Made by a program: the position numbers and the translations under genes. From Mobula hypostoma (taxonomy: Eukaryota), in NCBI RefSeq assembly GCF_963921235.1, contig NC_086109.1, positions 36,582,001 to 36,646,000 on the forward strand: DNA of 64,000 nucleotides, given 5' to 3'. Under the pieces are notes generated by a model that saw nothing but the letters and a program-made list of their open reading frames with translations, was not told the DNA's origin and did not search any database. How positions within the stretch are numbered: position 1 is the first letter of the stretch; each line of letters opens with the position of its first letter. Below are positions 47,643 to 60,594 of the stretch, piece by piece.

Positions 47643-48726
47643 TGTAGAATACGGAATTTATAAAACAATGATTGAATATCTGTCAGGTGGTATGACAACT
47701 GAACTCTTTCTGAACTCATAGAATGTGGGGTCTAATGACTGAATGTCTATCAGTGCGGTGATAGCTGGGCTCTTTAAGAACTTGAAATTAGTGCTTATAT
47801 GTAATCATTAATGTACTGTGTAAGCAGAGGGAATGTTGAGTGTCAGAGACATTGTGAGATTAATGAATGAAATAACAAGGAGTAGTCAATAAAATGTCTA
47901 GTTGATGTATGAAGGTGCACTGAAGAACATGTTAATGCACAAGGCGTGCTGTTTAAGAGAAACCATACCTGTACTGCCATGAGAACAAAGGACTTGTCTG
48001 TCTCTTGATGACCCTGCACTTATGAAACTTGTATATGTGGAGGAAATTTCCAGACTTCATTGGAACTTCACTCAGACTGGAAAGGTGTCTGGGACTGTTG
48101 TAATATGAATGAAGTCACCAGATAGACCTTGAAACTAGTCAATACCAACATGTCTTATTCAACAAAAACGAACAGTCTTGGAGGAAGAGGCCTGTTCTAT
48201 CCAATATTACATGACATTTTATATGCTAAGGTAACAGCAGGACAATTCTATAGTTACAATGTGTCTATAATGCTTCCTTTGAATGATATATAATTTTCAC
48301 ACTGCCTTCCTCGCACCTACTTTCCAGACACCCAGAATGAATGTTAATCAACATTGTCTGATTTTTAATCACTGGTGTCCAACTCTCCAAGAAAACTACT
48401 GTGCAGGGCTGCATCTTAAATTTAATCTACAATCCATATGCATGACTGAAGGATGGCTGCTGTTGCACTTAATATTCATTATATGACCTAACTCCAGAAT
48501 ACTGCCAGAGGGGTCGTTTTAGGAGTTGGAATTGGAGTTCCCCACCGACAACCAAGTGGTGACCTGGAATCTTTGTGACTTGCTACGTAGTATTTAGGGT
48601 GGTTTATTTGTGCTTTTTATGTTATAATCGTAAATTAGGCTTAAGTTACTTTGTTGTCCTTGTACATTTATTACCATATTGCTTGGATACTCGAATAATT
48701 AGGTCTGATCAACCCAGTTTGTTGCA
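47643..48726 (+). repeat. ERV 3' LTR (with an insert at 48096-48507)
   Basis: TG...CA, preceded by AAGGGG and followed by the TSD GGATT. Confidence 0.88.
48096..48507. mobile_element. About 410-bp insert in the 3' LTR, possibly a solo LTR
   Basis: Absent from the 5' LTR; TG...CA bounded. Confidence 0.5.
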
Positions 48727-49619
48727 GGATTATAAATACTGACCTCAGTCTTGGGAACTAATTTGACAGAGAACGTGATTTTCATTTAGAAACATAACAT
48801 CTTTGGTGCTGAATAATCAACAATTAGATGTTTTCTCTGAAAAGCAAAAAAAAAACAAATCAAAGATTGAGTATAATTACTGTATAGTGTGAAGGACAAT
48901 ATGGAAAGTTTTAATTAAAAACTAAAACAGAAAAAAAATCATATGTATTGTAATTATTTCCTAATAGACTGCTGAAATATGTTTAATTTAAATGGCTAGA
49001 TGGATTTCTCCTTGTTTCCTATTGGGAGGACTTGATACACCACCACCAACAAGTTCTTGGTTATCTAGAAACATAATAAAATATTTTTATTCAACATTAT
49101 GTGACTATATTTCTCCAGTGAAACACAATGATGAATATATACATTTTGTTTTGCATCACTCTGCAAATTTAACAAGATGCTCTGACAATAAATCCCTGTT
49201 CCATTCCAATGGGATTACGGTGTTGGGGATGCACAATGTAACAGCACTCCTTTGGAAGCATGGCAGGGGAATTTCAACATTGTTTCCTGAAAATTTAAAG
49301 GACGTGATCACTTAATTTTAATTTTCAAAAATATTATTACATTTAATGCAGTATCTATAATGGCAGCTGAAATAGATGGTCCTATATTGTGTGTACTTAA
49401 TGACACAACTGCTTCAATTGCTTAATATTCATGATTGTTAATGTCATATGTTAAGGATCAAGAATCAACTTGATTTGCCATATGTATTTACATGTATTAG
49501 GAATTTGCTGCAGTGTGTTGGAATGACATGCAACAAAAGTCAATATTCAACAATTATAAAAAATAAATAGTATAAAATAATGCTAGAAATAGGGATATGG
49601 AATAAAATGTATATAATTA

Positions 49620-50203
49620 CCTTGATGGAGGCAGACGTGAGAGCACGGAGGAACATCTGGTGAAACTTCTGAAATGCCTGCTTTGCTGCCGCTGCTACTG
49701 TGTGATCCGAAATCTCTGGAGGGGAAGGCCCCAAATCCTCAGCTTTGCCTCTTGCTTGGCAGCTGGGGCTGAGGTCGAAGCGCTCGGCAGAGATGGTGCT
49801 CGGTGCTCAGTGTCGGAGGGCTGGTTGGAGGCTCGAAGTTTTCAGACGGACTCAGAGTCAGACTGTGGTCGGGTGCTTCCAGGATGCTGCATCGGCAAGT
49901 TTGTGGTGCTGGAAGCTCATGGCAGGGAGAGATTCTTCCTTCCACCATCTGCGTGAGATGTTGGGGCTAGCGGGACTTTCAGACTTTTTTTTTACCATGC
50001 CCATGGTCTGCTCTTATCAAATTATGGTATTGCTTTGCACTGTTGTAACCATATGTTATAATTATGTGGTTTTTATCAGTTTTAGTCTTGCTCTGTCTTG
50101 TGTTTCTATGATATCATACCGGAGTAACATTGTATCATTTTCTAATGCATGCATTTCTAAATGACAATAAATGAGGACTGAGTATCCTCATAATCTAAAT
50201 CTA
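49620..50203 (+). mobile_element. Non-coding retroposon (5'-truncated), family of 51805-52436
   Basis: Colinear homology to 51895-52436 and a CTAAATCTAAA tail. It sits inside a LINE 3' end (about 49455-50400). Confidence 0.75.
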
Positions 50204-51804
50204 AATACCAGCATGTATTTACAATGTAAACAGCATTATAAAGAGTGGTTTAAAGTGTTCATAGTCTAATGCAGTGACTGAGATAATAGATAGGTTGGCT
50301 GGGGGTGCTAACTGGAATGGCTGATTAGATTAACTGCCTGGAGCAAGAAACTTCTAAGATGACATGAAGTTTTTGTTTTAATAGCTGTACAGTGCTTTCC
50401 AAAATACTAAATCTAAAATTTACTACTCAGATTGATTACTGTAGAAAAGAGAACATTGCCAAAGATTTTTCCACATCTTTCTGATTGTCTTTGAAAAAAA
50501 GGTGGCTAAAATTATCAGAAAATATTAGCATTTTAAAAATAAGAGGTATACATTTAGACCTGGGTCTAATTTGTGAGTCATTCATTAATGAAAAAGGTAT
50601 TAGAAAAAACTTGAATTTTACACCAAACTCAGTATTTTAGTTGATAGCTGCCTTATGATTTGCTTTATGACAAAGATATTAGGAGAATGAAATAATACAA
50701 GTATTATTTATGCGTCGTGCTGAAGGGTGTTGGCCCAAAATGTCGACTATACTCTTTTCCAAAGATGTTGCCTGGCCTGCTGAGTTCCTCCAGCATTTTG
50801 TGTGTGTTGTAAGTATTATACTTCCCATGTAATGACATTTGTGAAAGTAATAGAGAGGATAGAGATATGAGTTAATTCACCTGTGTGCTGCCATTTTTAG
50901 TTTGTCCTCCTGAGTTGCCCTATTGGTTAATGGGTAATAAATCAGCACTACAGCAACTCAAATCAGCCAAATGCAATGAGTTGTAAAGCTTATACTGCAC
51001 CCTTCAGAGATAAAAGACAAGTAACAGCCTAAAGAAACTAGCTGATAATGATCTATAATGAGAATTTAGACTGTGACTATTTTATGTGTACAGGAAAGAC
51101 AAAGAAAAATTGAAAACTCACAAGTTAAGTAAAACCTAATGAGATCTTTCAACTCAGTATAATTATACCAGGTATTTTGTTACTAAATACCTTCTTTTTG
51201 GAATAATCCTGTACATAAAGTATCCTTAAGCCAAAGCTAAAGTCTGTTGTGAGAGTAAAAGAATGAATCATTTCATTGCTTTCGATTGTCTGAGACATTA
51301 ACAGTTTATTTCCTAACACAAATATGTATATACAATATAACTGCTGTTTACTCTGCTGGAGGGATACTTAATTGCCCGAGTTTGAAATTCCCCTTTGATT
51401 GGAAAATAGATAAAATGTCTGCTTTCGTTAAAATCATAATTAGCAGTGCTTTCTCAGGATGAATGAAAATAATGAGCAGCTAAAGAGAATACACCTGAAA
51501 TTATAATCATCATGTAAAATCAAAGTATCTATTGAAACATTTATCTAATATGAACATCGATAAGATTATATATCAGACTGTGCAAAATGACTGATGACAA
51601 TTGAGACCGCAATTTACTGATTAGCCGTTACACAAGTAGGTAATCCCTGATATTGAGAAATAATAGATTTAGTTTTAGTGGGAGGTGCTGACATATTTAA
51701 TTACTTAGCATATGAATTTAATATTAACAAAATGGAGCTATGTATCATTTTAGGGGGGCATTTTGTGACTTAAAGCAGAGTAAATTAAATAATAATTTTA
51801 ACAG

Positions 51805-52436
51805 GCGGGAGGAGAAGATGGCAGCGCGTGCAGCTCTCCGGTGAAATTATATTGTTTCTATGAAATAAGGGCTGTGGACAATTCTGATTTGGTGAAGACA
51901 GACGTGAGAAGCAGAGGAACATCTGGAGAAATTTCTGAAATGCCTGGTTCGCCGCTGTTGTTACTGTGCGATTGAGAACCTCCAAAGGGTAGGCCCCAAA
52001 ATCCCCGACTTTGCCTGCTGCTGGCGATGGAGGCTGCGGTCGAAGCGTTCGGATAGAAATGGCACTCGGTACTCGGTGTCGGAGGGCTGATCAGAGCTCG
52101 AAGTTTTCGGACGACTCAGAGTCGGACTGTGGTCGGGCATGGCAGGGAGAGTTTTCTTCCTTCTCCTGTCTGCGTGAGATTTGGGACTTTTGAGAAACTT
52201 TGAACTTTTTTACTGTGCCATGGGCTGTTCTTCATCAAGTTATGGTATTGTTGCACTGTTGTAACTATATATTACATTTATATGGTTTTGTTAGTTTTTC
52301 AGTCTTGGTCTGTCCTGTGTTTCTGTGATATCACACCGGAGGAATATTGTATCATTTCTTAATGCATGCATTACTAAATGACAATAAAAGAGGACTACGT
52401 GTCCTTATAATCTAATCTAATCTAATCTAATCTAAT
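51805..52436 (+). mobile_element. Non-coding retroposon with an AAGATGGC 5' end and a (CTAAT)n tail
   Basis: CpG-rich head GGAGAAGATGGCAGCG, AATAAA and a (CTAAT)n tail. A second copy is at 49620. Confidence 0.75.
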
Positions 52437-53300
52437 AAGAGTATCGGTTATAACAAAATAGTGGAGATCATCAATGCGAATGAAATGAACATCTGCAGAT
52501 GATGTGGGATGGTTATTGAGTATATCTTATGGAAATTATATAATGAAGGTAAAAATCTCTGCAGAATGCATCACAAGGTTAGAAGGTGCGCAGTTCTACA
52601 ATTTTGGCAAGTCGGGGAGAAAGGGGAGTGGTTGTTGATGGTTAGAAACGGAATGGTGCTATTTTTGTGCAAGCTCGGATCAGGCATCACAATTCTTGGG
52701 TGTCTAGAGAGTGAGGCACACAACTAATGTGCAGGTAAAGTAGGGGGGAGGGGGCAAGAATTAAAGGGATGGAGACAGTTGTAGAATGTTTGGTCAGGAA
52801 AGGCTCAAGCTTGGATGGTGGGATCTTTGATGACGGATATTGCCTCCTTGGGGCAGCACTTCATTTAGGTACTACCAGTGATGGTGAAGGATATGCCTGT
52901 GATGTATTGGACTGAGACTTAGGATCAGACACTTGAGTCATCTCAAATCATCCTCACATTGCAGCCTCAGTGCCATTGTTCATATTGCACAAACATTACA
53001 GGCGAGATCTTATGAGTAATCACCGTGTGTTAGTCTGGAAGCGGCCTAGCATGAAGACGAAAGTGGTGGGGTGACTAAACAGGTGGGGCATCAGTAGGAG
53101 CACTGAAGGAGTTAATTATTGGGTACAAGCAACAAATGAGAGTGATCACCAAGTAAAAGAGTATAGCCTCAATGAAATGTGATCGATTCTTCAGTGTGAA
53201 GAGGCTCCCCATCATTCCCCTTAATGTTGCACTGAAGATGGTTTGTGTCTTTCACAGTTACCTACTGGTGTAACACTTTTTCACAAATGTCATTGAAATA

Positions 53301-53513
53301 TACACTCAGTGGCTACCTTTTTTGATAACTTCTTTATCTACTAAAGTGGACAATGAGTTTATGTATGTTTGTGCCCATCTACTTTAATCTGTTGTGCAAA
53401 CACATTCAGAGATGCTCTTCTGCAGACGACTGTTGTAACACATGTTTATTTGAGATACTGTCAACCCTCCTGTCAGCTTGAACCAGTATGGTCCTTCCAC
53501 TCTGACTTCTCTA
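53301..53513. mobile_element. Tc1/mariner-derived remnant (short inverted-repeat unit plus transposase fragment)
   Basis: Degenerate inverted repeats TACACTCAGTGGC...AAAGTGGACAATGAGT, then sequence resembling a Tc1 transposase N-terminus on the minus strand. Confidence 0.55.
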
Positions 53514-53699
53514 AAGTGTCAGTTTGGACAGATCTCCTGAGGTAGGACTCTCTCTGTGAGGCGGTGGGTCACTCTGAAAATAGACTTTGGTTTGTGCCAG
53601 GGAGAAAAAGGGTGTGTAGCCGAGTTCTTCAGCTGCGCAGTACCAGTCACTTGTCTAATCTGATTTCCCAGAAAGAGGGTCAGTGTTGTTTTGCCTCTA

Positions 53700-55720
53700 G
53701 CAGGAACTTCTAAATACTGATCGAGAAAACTTTCCTGGACACATTGAATAAATTCTGCTCCACCAAACCCTTTGCACTACGCTGGTCCCAGTCGACATGA
53801 GGGAAGTTGAAATGTCAACCCTACTGACTCCTCTTATTCCTGATGACTATTTGGCGGCCCATAATAAAATCCCATCAAAGTGAGAATCCCTTCCTTACTT
53901 CAATATTATTGAAACAATCCCCAAAAATATCTTCTCCACATACCACTGTGAAGTTCTCCCTGATCTAGCACATCTCTCTGTCCTCTCCTACCTTCAGTCT
54001 ATCATACCGGCAGCTTTTGTACGGTGAAACTCAGTTGCTAATCCTGCCCTTCCTTCAACCATGTTTCTGTTAGGGATATAATATCCTAGTCTCATGCATG
54101 AATCCATGAGCAGAGGCCATCTGCCATTCTTAAAACATAGGACAGCACAGGAGTGGCTCTTTGGACCTTCTCTACATATTCCTGTGCCTGCCTAAGAGCC
54201 TCTTAAATACTTCTGTGCTCTATGCTTCTACCACCATCCCTGAGAGTCCCCATTATTCTGTTTTCTTCAGTTTCTTCCTCTGATCTTAAATACATGCCTT
54301 CTAGTCGAAGACATTTCACTCCTGCGAAAAATACTACTAGCTCTCTAAACGCAAACAGGAATTCTGCAGATGCTGGAAATTCAAGCAACACACATCAAAG
54401 TTGCTGGTGAATGCAGCAGGCCAGGCAGCATCTCTAGGAAGAGGTACAGTCGATGTTTCAGGCCGAGACCCTGAGACATCGACTGCACCTCTTCCTACAG
54501 ATGCTGCCTGGCCTGCTGCGTTCACCAGCAACTTTGATGTCTGTTACTAGCTCTCTAAGCCAACTATGACCTCCAAAATTGTACAAATTTCTATCAAATT
54601 TCTCCTGAGCTGATGCCACTCCAGAGGAAAAAGCCCCAGCATGTCCAGCCTCTCCTCACCGCACACCTCCTCCAGATATCCTAGTAAACTACTTCTGCAC
54701 CTGCTCCAAAACCTCCACATGCTTCCTATAATGAGGTGACCAGAACTGAACACTATACTCTCAGTGAGGCCTAACCAGCATTTTATAAATCTGTAACATA
54801 ATGTCCTGGTGCTTGAACTCAATTCCTTATCCGATGAAGGCAAACATGCCATACACTGATTTTACCACCCAACCATCCTGTGTACCCAATTTTAGGGAGC
54901 CAATATGCCTGGACCCCAACATCCTTCTCTTTGTCAATACTGTTAATGTTCTTACCTTTAACTGTGTAACCACTCTTAGTGATGGATATCCAAAAGTGCA
55001 GCCCAGATTAAACTCCATCTGCCACTTCTCCACCCATATCTTCAACCAATCGATTTCCTGCTGTATCCTTTGGAAATCTTCCATGCGATGCACAGTGCCA
55101 CCAAGTTTTGTGCCATCTGCAAACTTACTTACCCACACGGCTACATTTTTATCCTCATCATTTATGTCACAGACAACAGTTGTCCCAGTACAGACCTCTG
55201 TAAGATACCAGTCATCACAGTCCTCCACCCAGAACAGGACAAATGCACCACTATCCTTCCTTCCATCTCTTCTGTGGGAAAGACAATCAGCAGCATCACT
55301 GTGGATCCATCCTCATTTCCTTGTTGAGCCTACCATGTGGGACCTTGTCAAACACCTCACTAATATTCATGTATACAATATCTGTAGCTCTGCCTTCCCC
55401 AATCACCTTTGTTATCACCTGCAAAAACTCGAACAGATTAGCCAGACATGACCACCCCACAAAAAGCTTTTTCTACTGTGTTAATTGGACTATGCTTCTC
55501 CAAATGCTCATAAAACCATTCCAAGACAATCCCCCACAGAAATGAGACTCCTTGGCCTATGATTTCAGGATTGTCCTTCTTTCCCATTTTATATAATGAA
55601 ACAACATTAATTACTTGTCAATCCTCAAGCACCACACCTGTGACTAGTGAAGACACAAAAATCTTGGTCAAAGCCCAAGCAATCTCATCTCTCAGCTTTA
55701 TCAATAACCTGGGGTCCCAT
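53700..55720 (-). mobile_element. Old CR1 fragments (endonuclease piece at 53700-54130; RT/3' piece at 54135-55720)
   Basis: SKFADGTKLGG, WQMEFN and other CR1 motifs, frameshifted. Confidence 0.8.
54349..54544. mobile_element. 196-bp fold-back PLE pLTR insert with a 14-bp TSD
   Basis: TSD TACTAGCTCTCTAA at 54335-54348 and 54545-54558. Two inverted pLTR halves meet inside the hammerhead motif. Confidence 0.88.
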
Positions 55721-55859
55721 CTTAAACAAGAGAAAATCTGCAGATGCTTTACAGGTGAAGATGATGCAATTTTGATATGGGTAATCTTTATTCAATGTAA
55801 AAGCCAAAGAGTGGGCATATAATATAACAAAATTTTGTGGGAAGTTAGAGGATTTACTA

Positions 55860-57282
55860 AGTTTTTTAGAACCATAGGAGGCAACTAAAAAAGTAATGAA
55901 GAGGGAAAAATGATGGAATATGAATGTAAGCTAGCCAATAATATTAAATAGAATACCAAAAGCTTCTTCAGATATATAAAGAGTAAAAGAGACAAGAGCA
56001 GATATTGTTTCACTGGAAGATGATGTTGGAGAGGTAGTAATGGGGTACAGGGAAATGACAGATGAATTGATTAAGGACTGTGCATCAGTCTTCACTATGG
56101 AAGATACTAACAGTATGCTGGAAGTTCAAGAGTTTGGAGGCAAAAGTGAGTGAAGTTGCCATTACTAGGGAGAAGGTGCTTGGGAAACTGAAATGTCTGA
56201 AAGTAGATGGATCACCTGGACCACATTGTCTACACCAGTGCGATGAAAGTGCTGGCTGAAGAGATTGCTGAGGCATTAGCAATGACCTTTCAAGAATCAC
56301 CGGATTCTGGCATGGCTCCAGAGGACTGGAAAATTGAAAATGCCACTCTACTCTAAAAGAAGGGAGAGCGGCAGAAGAAAGGAAATTATAGACCAGTTAG
56401 ACTGACCTCAGTGTTTGAAAGGATTTTGGAGTTGATTGTTAAGGATGACTTTGCGAAGTTACTTGGAGACATATGATAAAATAGGCCAAAGTCAGCATGG
56501 TTTCCTTGAGGAAAAATCTTGCCTTCAAACTTGTTGAAATTCTGTGAAGAAATAATCAAGATAGATAAGAGGAATTAATGGATGGGTGGAAGTCGTTTGC
56601 TTGGAGTTTCAGAAGGCCTTTGAAAAGGAGGCACACATGAGGATGCTTAAGTTAAGGGTCCATGAAACAGGAAGGAGACTAGCATGGATAGAGACTTGGC
56701 TGATTGGCAGGAGACAAAGAGTGGGAAAAAAGGGAGCCTTTTCTGGGTGACTCTGCTGACTAGTAGTGTTCTACAGGGGTCTTATTTTGGGACCACTTCT
56801 TTTTATGTTGAAGTATATATCAGTGATTTGGATGATGGAATTGATGGCTTTGTGGCCAAGTTTGTGATCAGTATGAAAACAGGTAGAGGAGCAGAGAGGC
56901 TACAGAAGGGTTTCGACAGAATAGTAGAATGGAGAATGAAATGGCAAATGGAATATAGTGTCAAGAAGTGCATGGTCATGCACTTTGGTAGAGTAATAGA
57001 CTATTTTCTAAAATAAGAGAAAATTCAAAATCTGAGGTACAAAGGAACTTCTGAATCCTTCTGCAGAATTCACCAAAAGCTTATTTGCATGTAATGTTAT
57101 TGGTGAGAAAGGCTAAGGCAATGTTAGCACACATTGTGAGAGGGATAGAATATAAAAACCAAGGATGTAATGTTGAGGCTTTATAAAGCCTCACTTGGAG
57201 TATTGCGAACAATTCTGAGCCCCTTATCTAAGAAAGGATGTGTTGACATTGGAGAAGGTTCAGAGGAGGCTCACGAGAATTA
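55860..57282 (+). mobile_element. Old CR1 ORF2 fragment
   Basis: SPGP, GNYRPVRLTSV, QHGFL, EFQKAF, VLQGS and DGFVAKF, all degraded. Confidence 0.85.
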
Positions 57283-57289
57283 CAACTAT

Positions 57290-57750
57290 CTGTAGCCTCT
57301 TCTGATGCTGTGCAGTAGCCGCTCCCCGCCCCCACAATACCAGACAGCGATGCAACCTGTGAGAATGCTCTCCATGGTATATCTATAGAAGTTTTTGAGT
57401 GTTTTAGGTAACAAACCAAATCTCCTCAAGCTCCTAATGAAATATAGCCATCGTCTTGCCTTCTTTATAGCTGCATTGATAGGTAGGGATTAGGTTAGAT
57501 CGTCAGAGAGCTTCCTACTCAGGAAGTTGAAATTGTTCACTTTCTCAACTTCTGATCCTTCTATAATGATTGGTTTGTGTTCCTTCGTCTTACCCTTCCC
57601 AAAGTCCACAATCAGCTCTTTCGTCTTATTGATGTTGAGTGCAGGGTTGTTGCTGCAACACCATTCAACTAGCCCGGTTTATCTCACTCTTGTATGCCCT
57701 TTCAGTGTTATCTGAGATTCTGCCAACAATGGTTGAATCATCAGCAAATT
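57290..57750 (-). mobile_element. Rex1/Babar RT fragment
   Basis: Homologous to 16480-16668 joined to 17811-18060. Confidence 0.8.
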
Positions 57751-59379
57751 AAATGGTGTCACCGATCACATAACTGGAAAAATAGACTGGGCTAAGATCA
57801 GCAAATCTAATCAGTGTAACATTGGGCATTAGTGAATTGTCAACAGATGCGCTTCATTGAACTATACTGAGGGAAAAGCTCATCCCTACAGATCCCTCTA
57901 AAGCTTCAATGCACCTCAGCCCTCATAGCACCCTGTGTTCCAAGTTGTTACAATCCTGTTTCCCTCTGGATTGTTACTATAACTGGTATGAAAGCTTTAA
58001 ATTAATTTAGTCCCTTCATGTTACTTGTATATATAAGCCAGGGATTACTTTGAATTTTCAATAGAGCAATTAATTCCCATATTTATCTTAAGCTTTTTGC
58101 ACAACTGGAAATGTATGTAAATCAATGTCAGCAGAAGGAATACAAGTCACTCAAATAACCATTAAATTTTGATTGTGTTTTTGTTACTGTTTACTTCAAA
58201 AAAGCTAATGCTGACATTAACATTGTGTTGCAACAGTATCACATAGTGACTCCAGCAATCACCTCCATCTGAACTCACTTCCCAAAAACCTTCAATAATT
58301 AATCTAAGAAAACTAATGATACAATTGATGGACATTAATACATTTTTGTAGATGGCAAGATTTACAAGCACAGAGGATATTTCAATGATTCAGAATTAGG
58401 TTCATTTATTCAGATTCATTTACTTATCACATGCACACTGAAACAAACAGTATTCTTTGCACAACGTGTTATTTGCATTAACAACCAACACAACCTAAGT
58501 ATGTGCTGAGGGCAATCTCCAAGAGTCACCACACATTCTGCCAGCAACATAGCAGGGCCATAATGTTCAGCAAAACAATACGATTATCAACAACACAATA
58601 GCACAACAGCAAATCAAGCCGTTTTCCCTCTCCCAGTCAGGTCTCTAATCCAAGGTCAGGCTGCCTCTGGCCCTCAATTTAGTTTCTGGCCTGAACTCAC
58701 AGACTAGCAGACATTGATCCTCCCCACCAATTCAGGGCCTCAATCATCAGACCTTGACTTCCAGACTCACTGACTTCAGTATCGACTCCAGGACTCACTG
58801 ATTCCGGTTTGGCTGTGGTTTGGTAATCTTTCCATCTACAAGCTAACAGCATTTAATGCAGTCACATTTTCAGAAGTTTAGCTACAGTAATCAGAAGGTA
58901 GCCTGAATTCAAATTCAAATTCAGAATGCAACAAAACAGATGGTATCTTGGTCATTGTGAAATAACCAGATTGTCTACTGAATTTGTATAATCCTTTAAA
59001 ATATTGATTAGCCTATACTTTAAATTCTTGCAATAAGTTATTTTGCAATCCCTTTCTAAATCTGCAATGAATTGATTAAAGCTCTGCAAAATTTAACTGG
59101 GTGGCAGTAAGAGAATATCCAATACACCCACAGTAACATATAGCACTGCTCTCAAAGTAATGTTCTCCTTGATGATACATACTTGATGGTATTTGACAGG
59201 AAGAATTAGCCAAAAAAGCAGAGCAAATGAATATTCTACGGTCTTTCGTATTACAATTTTTCATATGTTGGACTGTCCCTTTCAGCCATTGTCCCTGAGG
59301 AAACTGCAAGGAATTAAAGTGAATGCAAAGGTATTGAAAGGGGTTCTTGAGCTCATCATGAGGCAACTTCCAGCCTGAA

Positions 59380-59670
59380 TGTGGTGTAGCAGTAAGCTGG
59401 ACGCTATCATGGCTCAAAGCATTGGAGTTTGGAGTTCAAATCCAATGGTTTCTGTAAGAAGTTTACATGTCCTTCCCGTGAGCAAATGAATTACCTTTGG
59501 ATGCTCCAGTTTCCTCCTACATTTCAAAGCCCCAGTAGTTAGTAGGTTAGTTGGTCATTGTAAATTTTCCTGTGATTATCTATGGTTTAATGTGCGGGTC
59601 ACTGGGGTGCGGCTCGTTGGGCTGGAAAGGGCTGTTCTGTGCTGATTCTCTAAATAAAATAAAATAAAAT
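59380..59670 (+). mobile_element. V-SINE (HE1-like)
   Basis: GGAGTTCAAATCC B-box, V-domain and (TAAAA)n tail. Confidence 0.75.
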
Positions 59671-60594
59671 CATTTTGGTCAGTTAGATAATATTGAAAGG
59701 GATTAACTAATCATCTTAGTGTTTAGTTTCATACTATTATTTGGAGAGGTTGCAGAACGGGTTACTTGTTCACCACAATGGTCAGAAAAGATGTGACACA
59801 TTGAAAGACCTAAGAAAGAATATGGAAGAGAACATTAACCACACAACAGATAAAATTAAACAAATTAAGAATTTAGCTAACTGAGAATTAGGAATCGCTT
59901 AAGCTGGTAGACATTATTATCCAAGACAGGATTCTGATGGCACTCCACTAAGCTTATATACATGTGAAAATATCAATATTCCAATATTTCTTTATGATGT
60001 TTTCACCAGGCACAATCAGACATTTTCCTTATGTTTTAGTAATGTGTACATTATTTCACTCTGTAGATTAATTCATTTCATCACCTATAAATGATCAAAT
60101 GTCACTTGATGTTCTGAGCATTTTCAAAACCTATGGAATCAGTGGCTATTGATACTACATCAATTTTCATAAGTGTTCTTTTCAAACTTCGAAGTTCAAA
60201 GAAAATTTATTATCAAAGTACATATGTAAATGTCATCATATACAACCCTGAAATTCATTTTCTTGCTTCAGTATCCACTGTTGAGAAGGCCTACAGCCAG
60301 TTGCAGCAGTGAATAATATTGGGATTACAAAGAAATAAAATATTAATACAAAATAAACGGCTTGTTTAAATGAAAGATGCACATCAGTGCTATGGTTGGC
60401 TCTCAAATGCACTCTGATTTAGCCCAGAAGACATACAGTTATCTCATAATGTCATGATCTGACAATGCTTTTATCACAGTTGTCTGTAACTTAGATCAAG
60501 TATGCATCTCACCATCATTTTCTCAAGGGCAAAAAGATTATTAAATGCTAACTTGCTTGTGAAAAATAAGCCATTGTTTTATGAAAAATGAGGC

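Larger units (their letters stand above)
39128..48726 (+). mobile_element. Endogenous retrovirus, full provirus, ERV-L/class III-like, decayed
   Basis: Two alignable LTRs; 5-bp TSD GGATT (39123-39127 and 48727-48731); purine tract before the 3' LTR; gag, PR, RT, tether, RNase H and IN motifs in retroviral order; env-like remnant. Confidence 0.9.
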
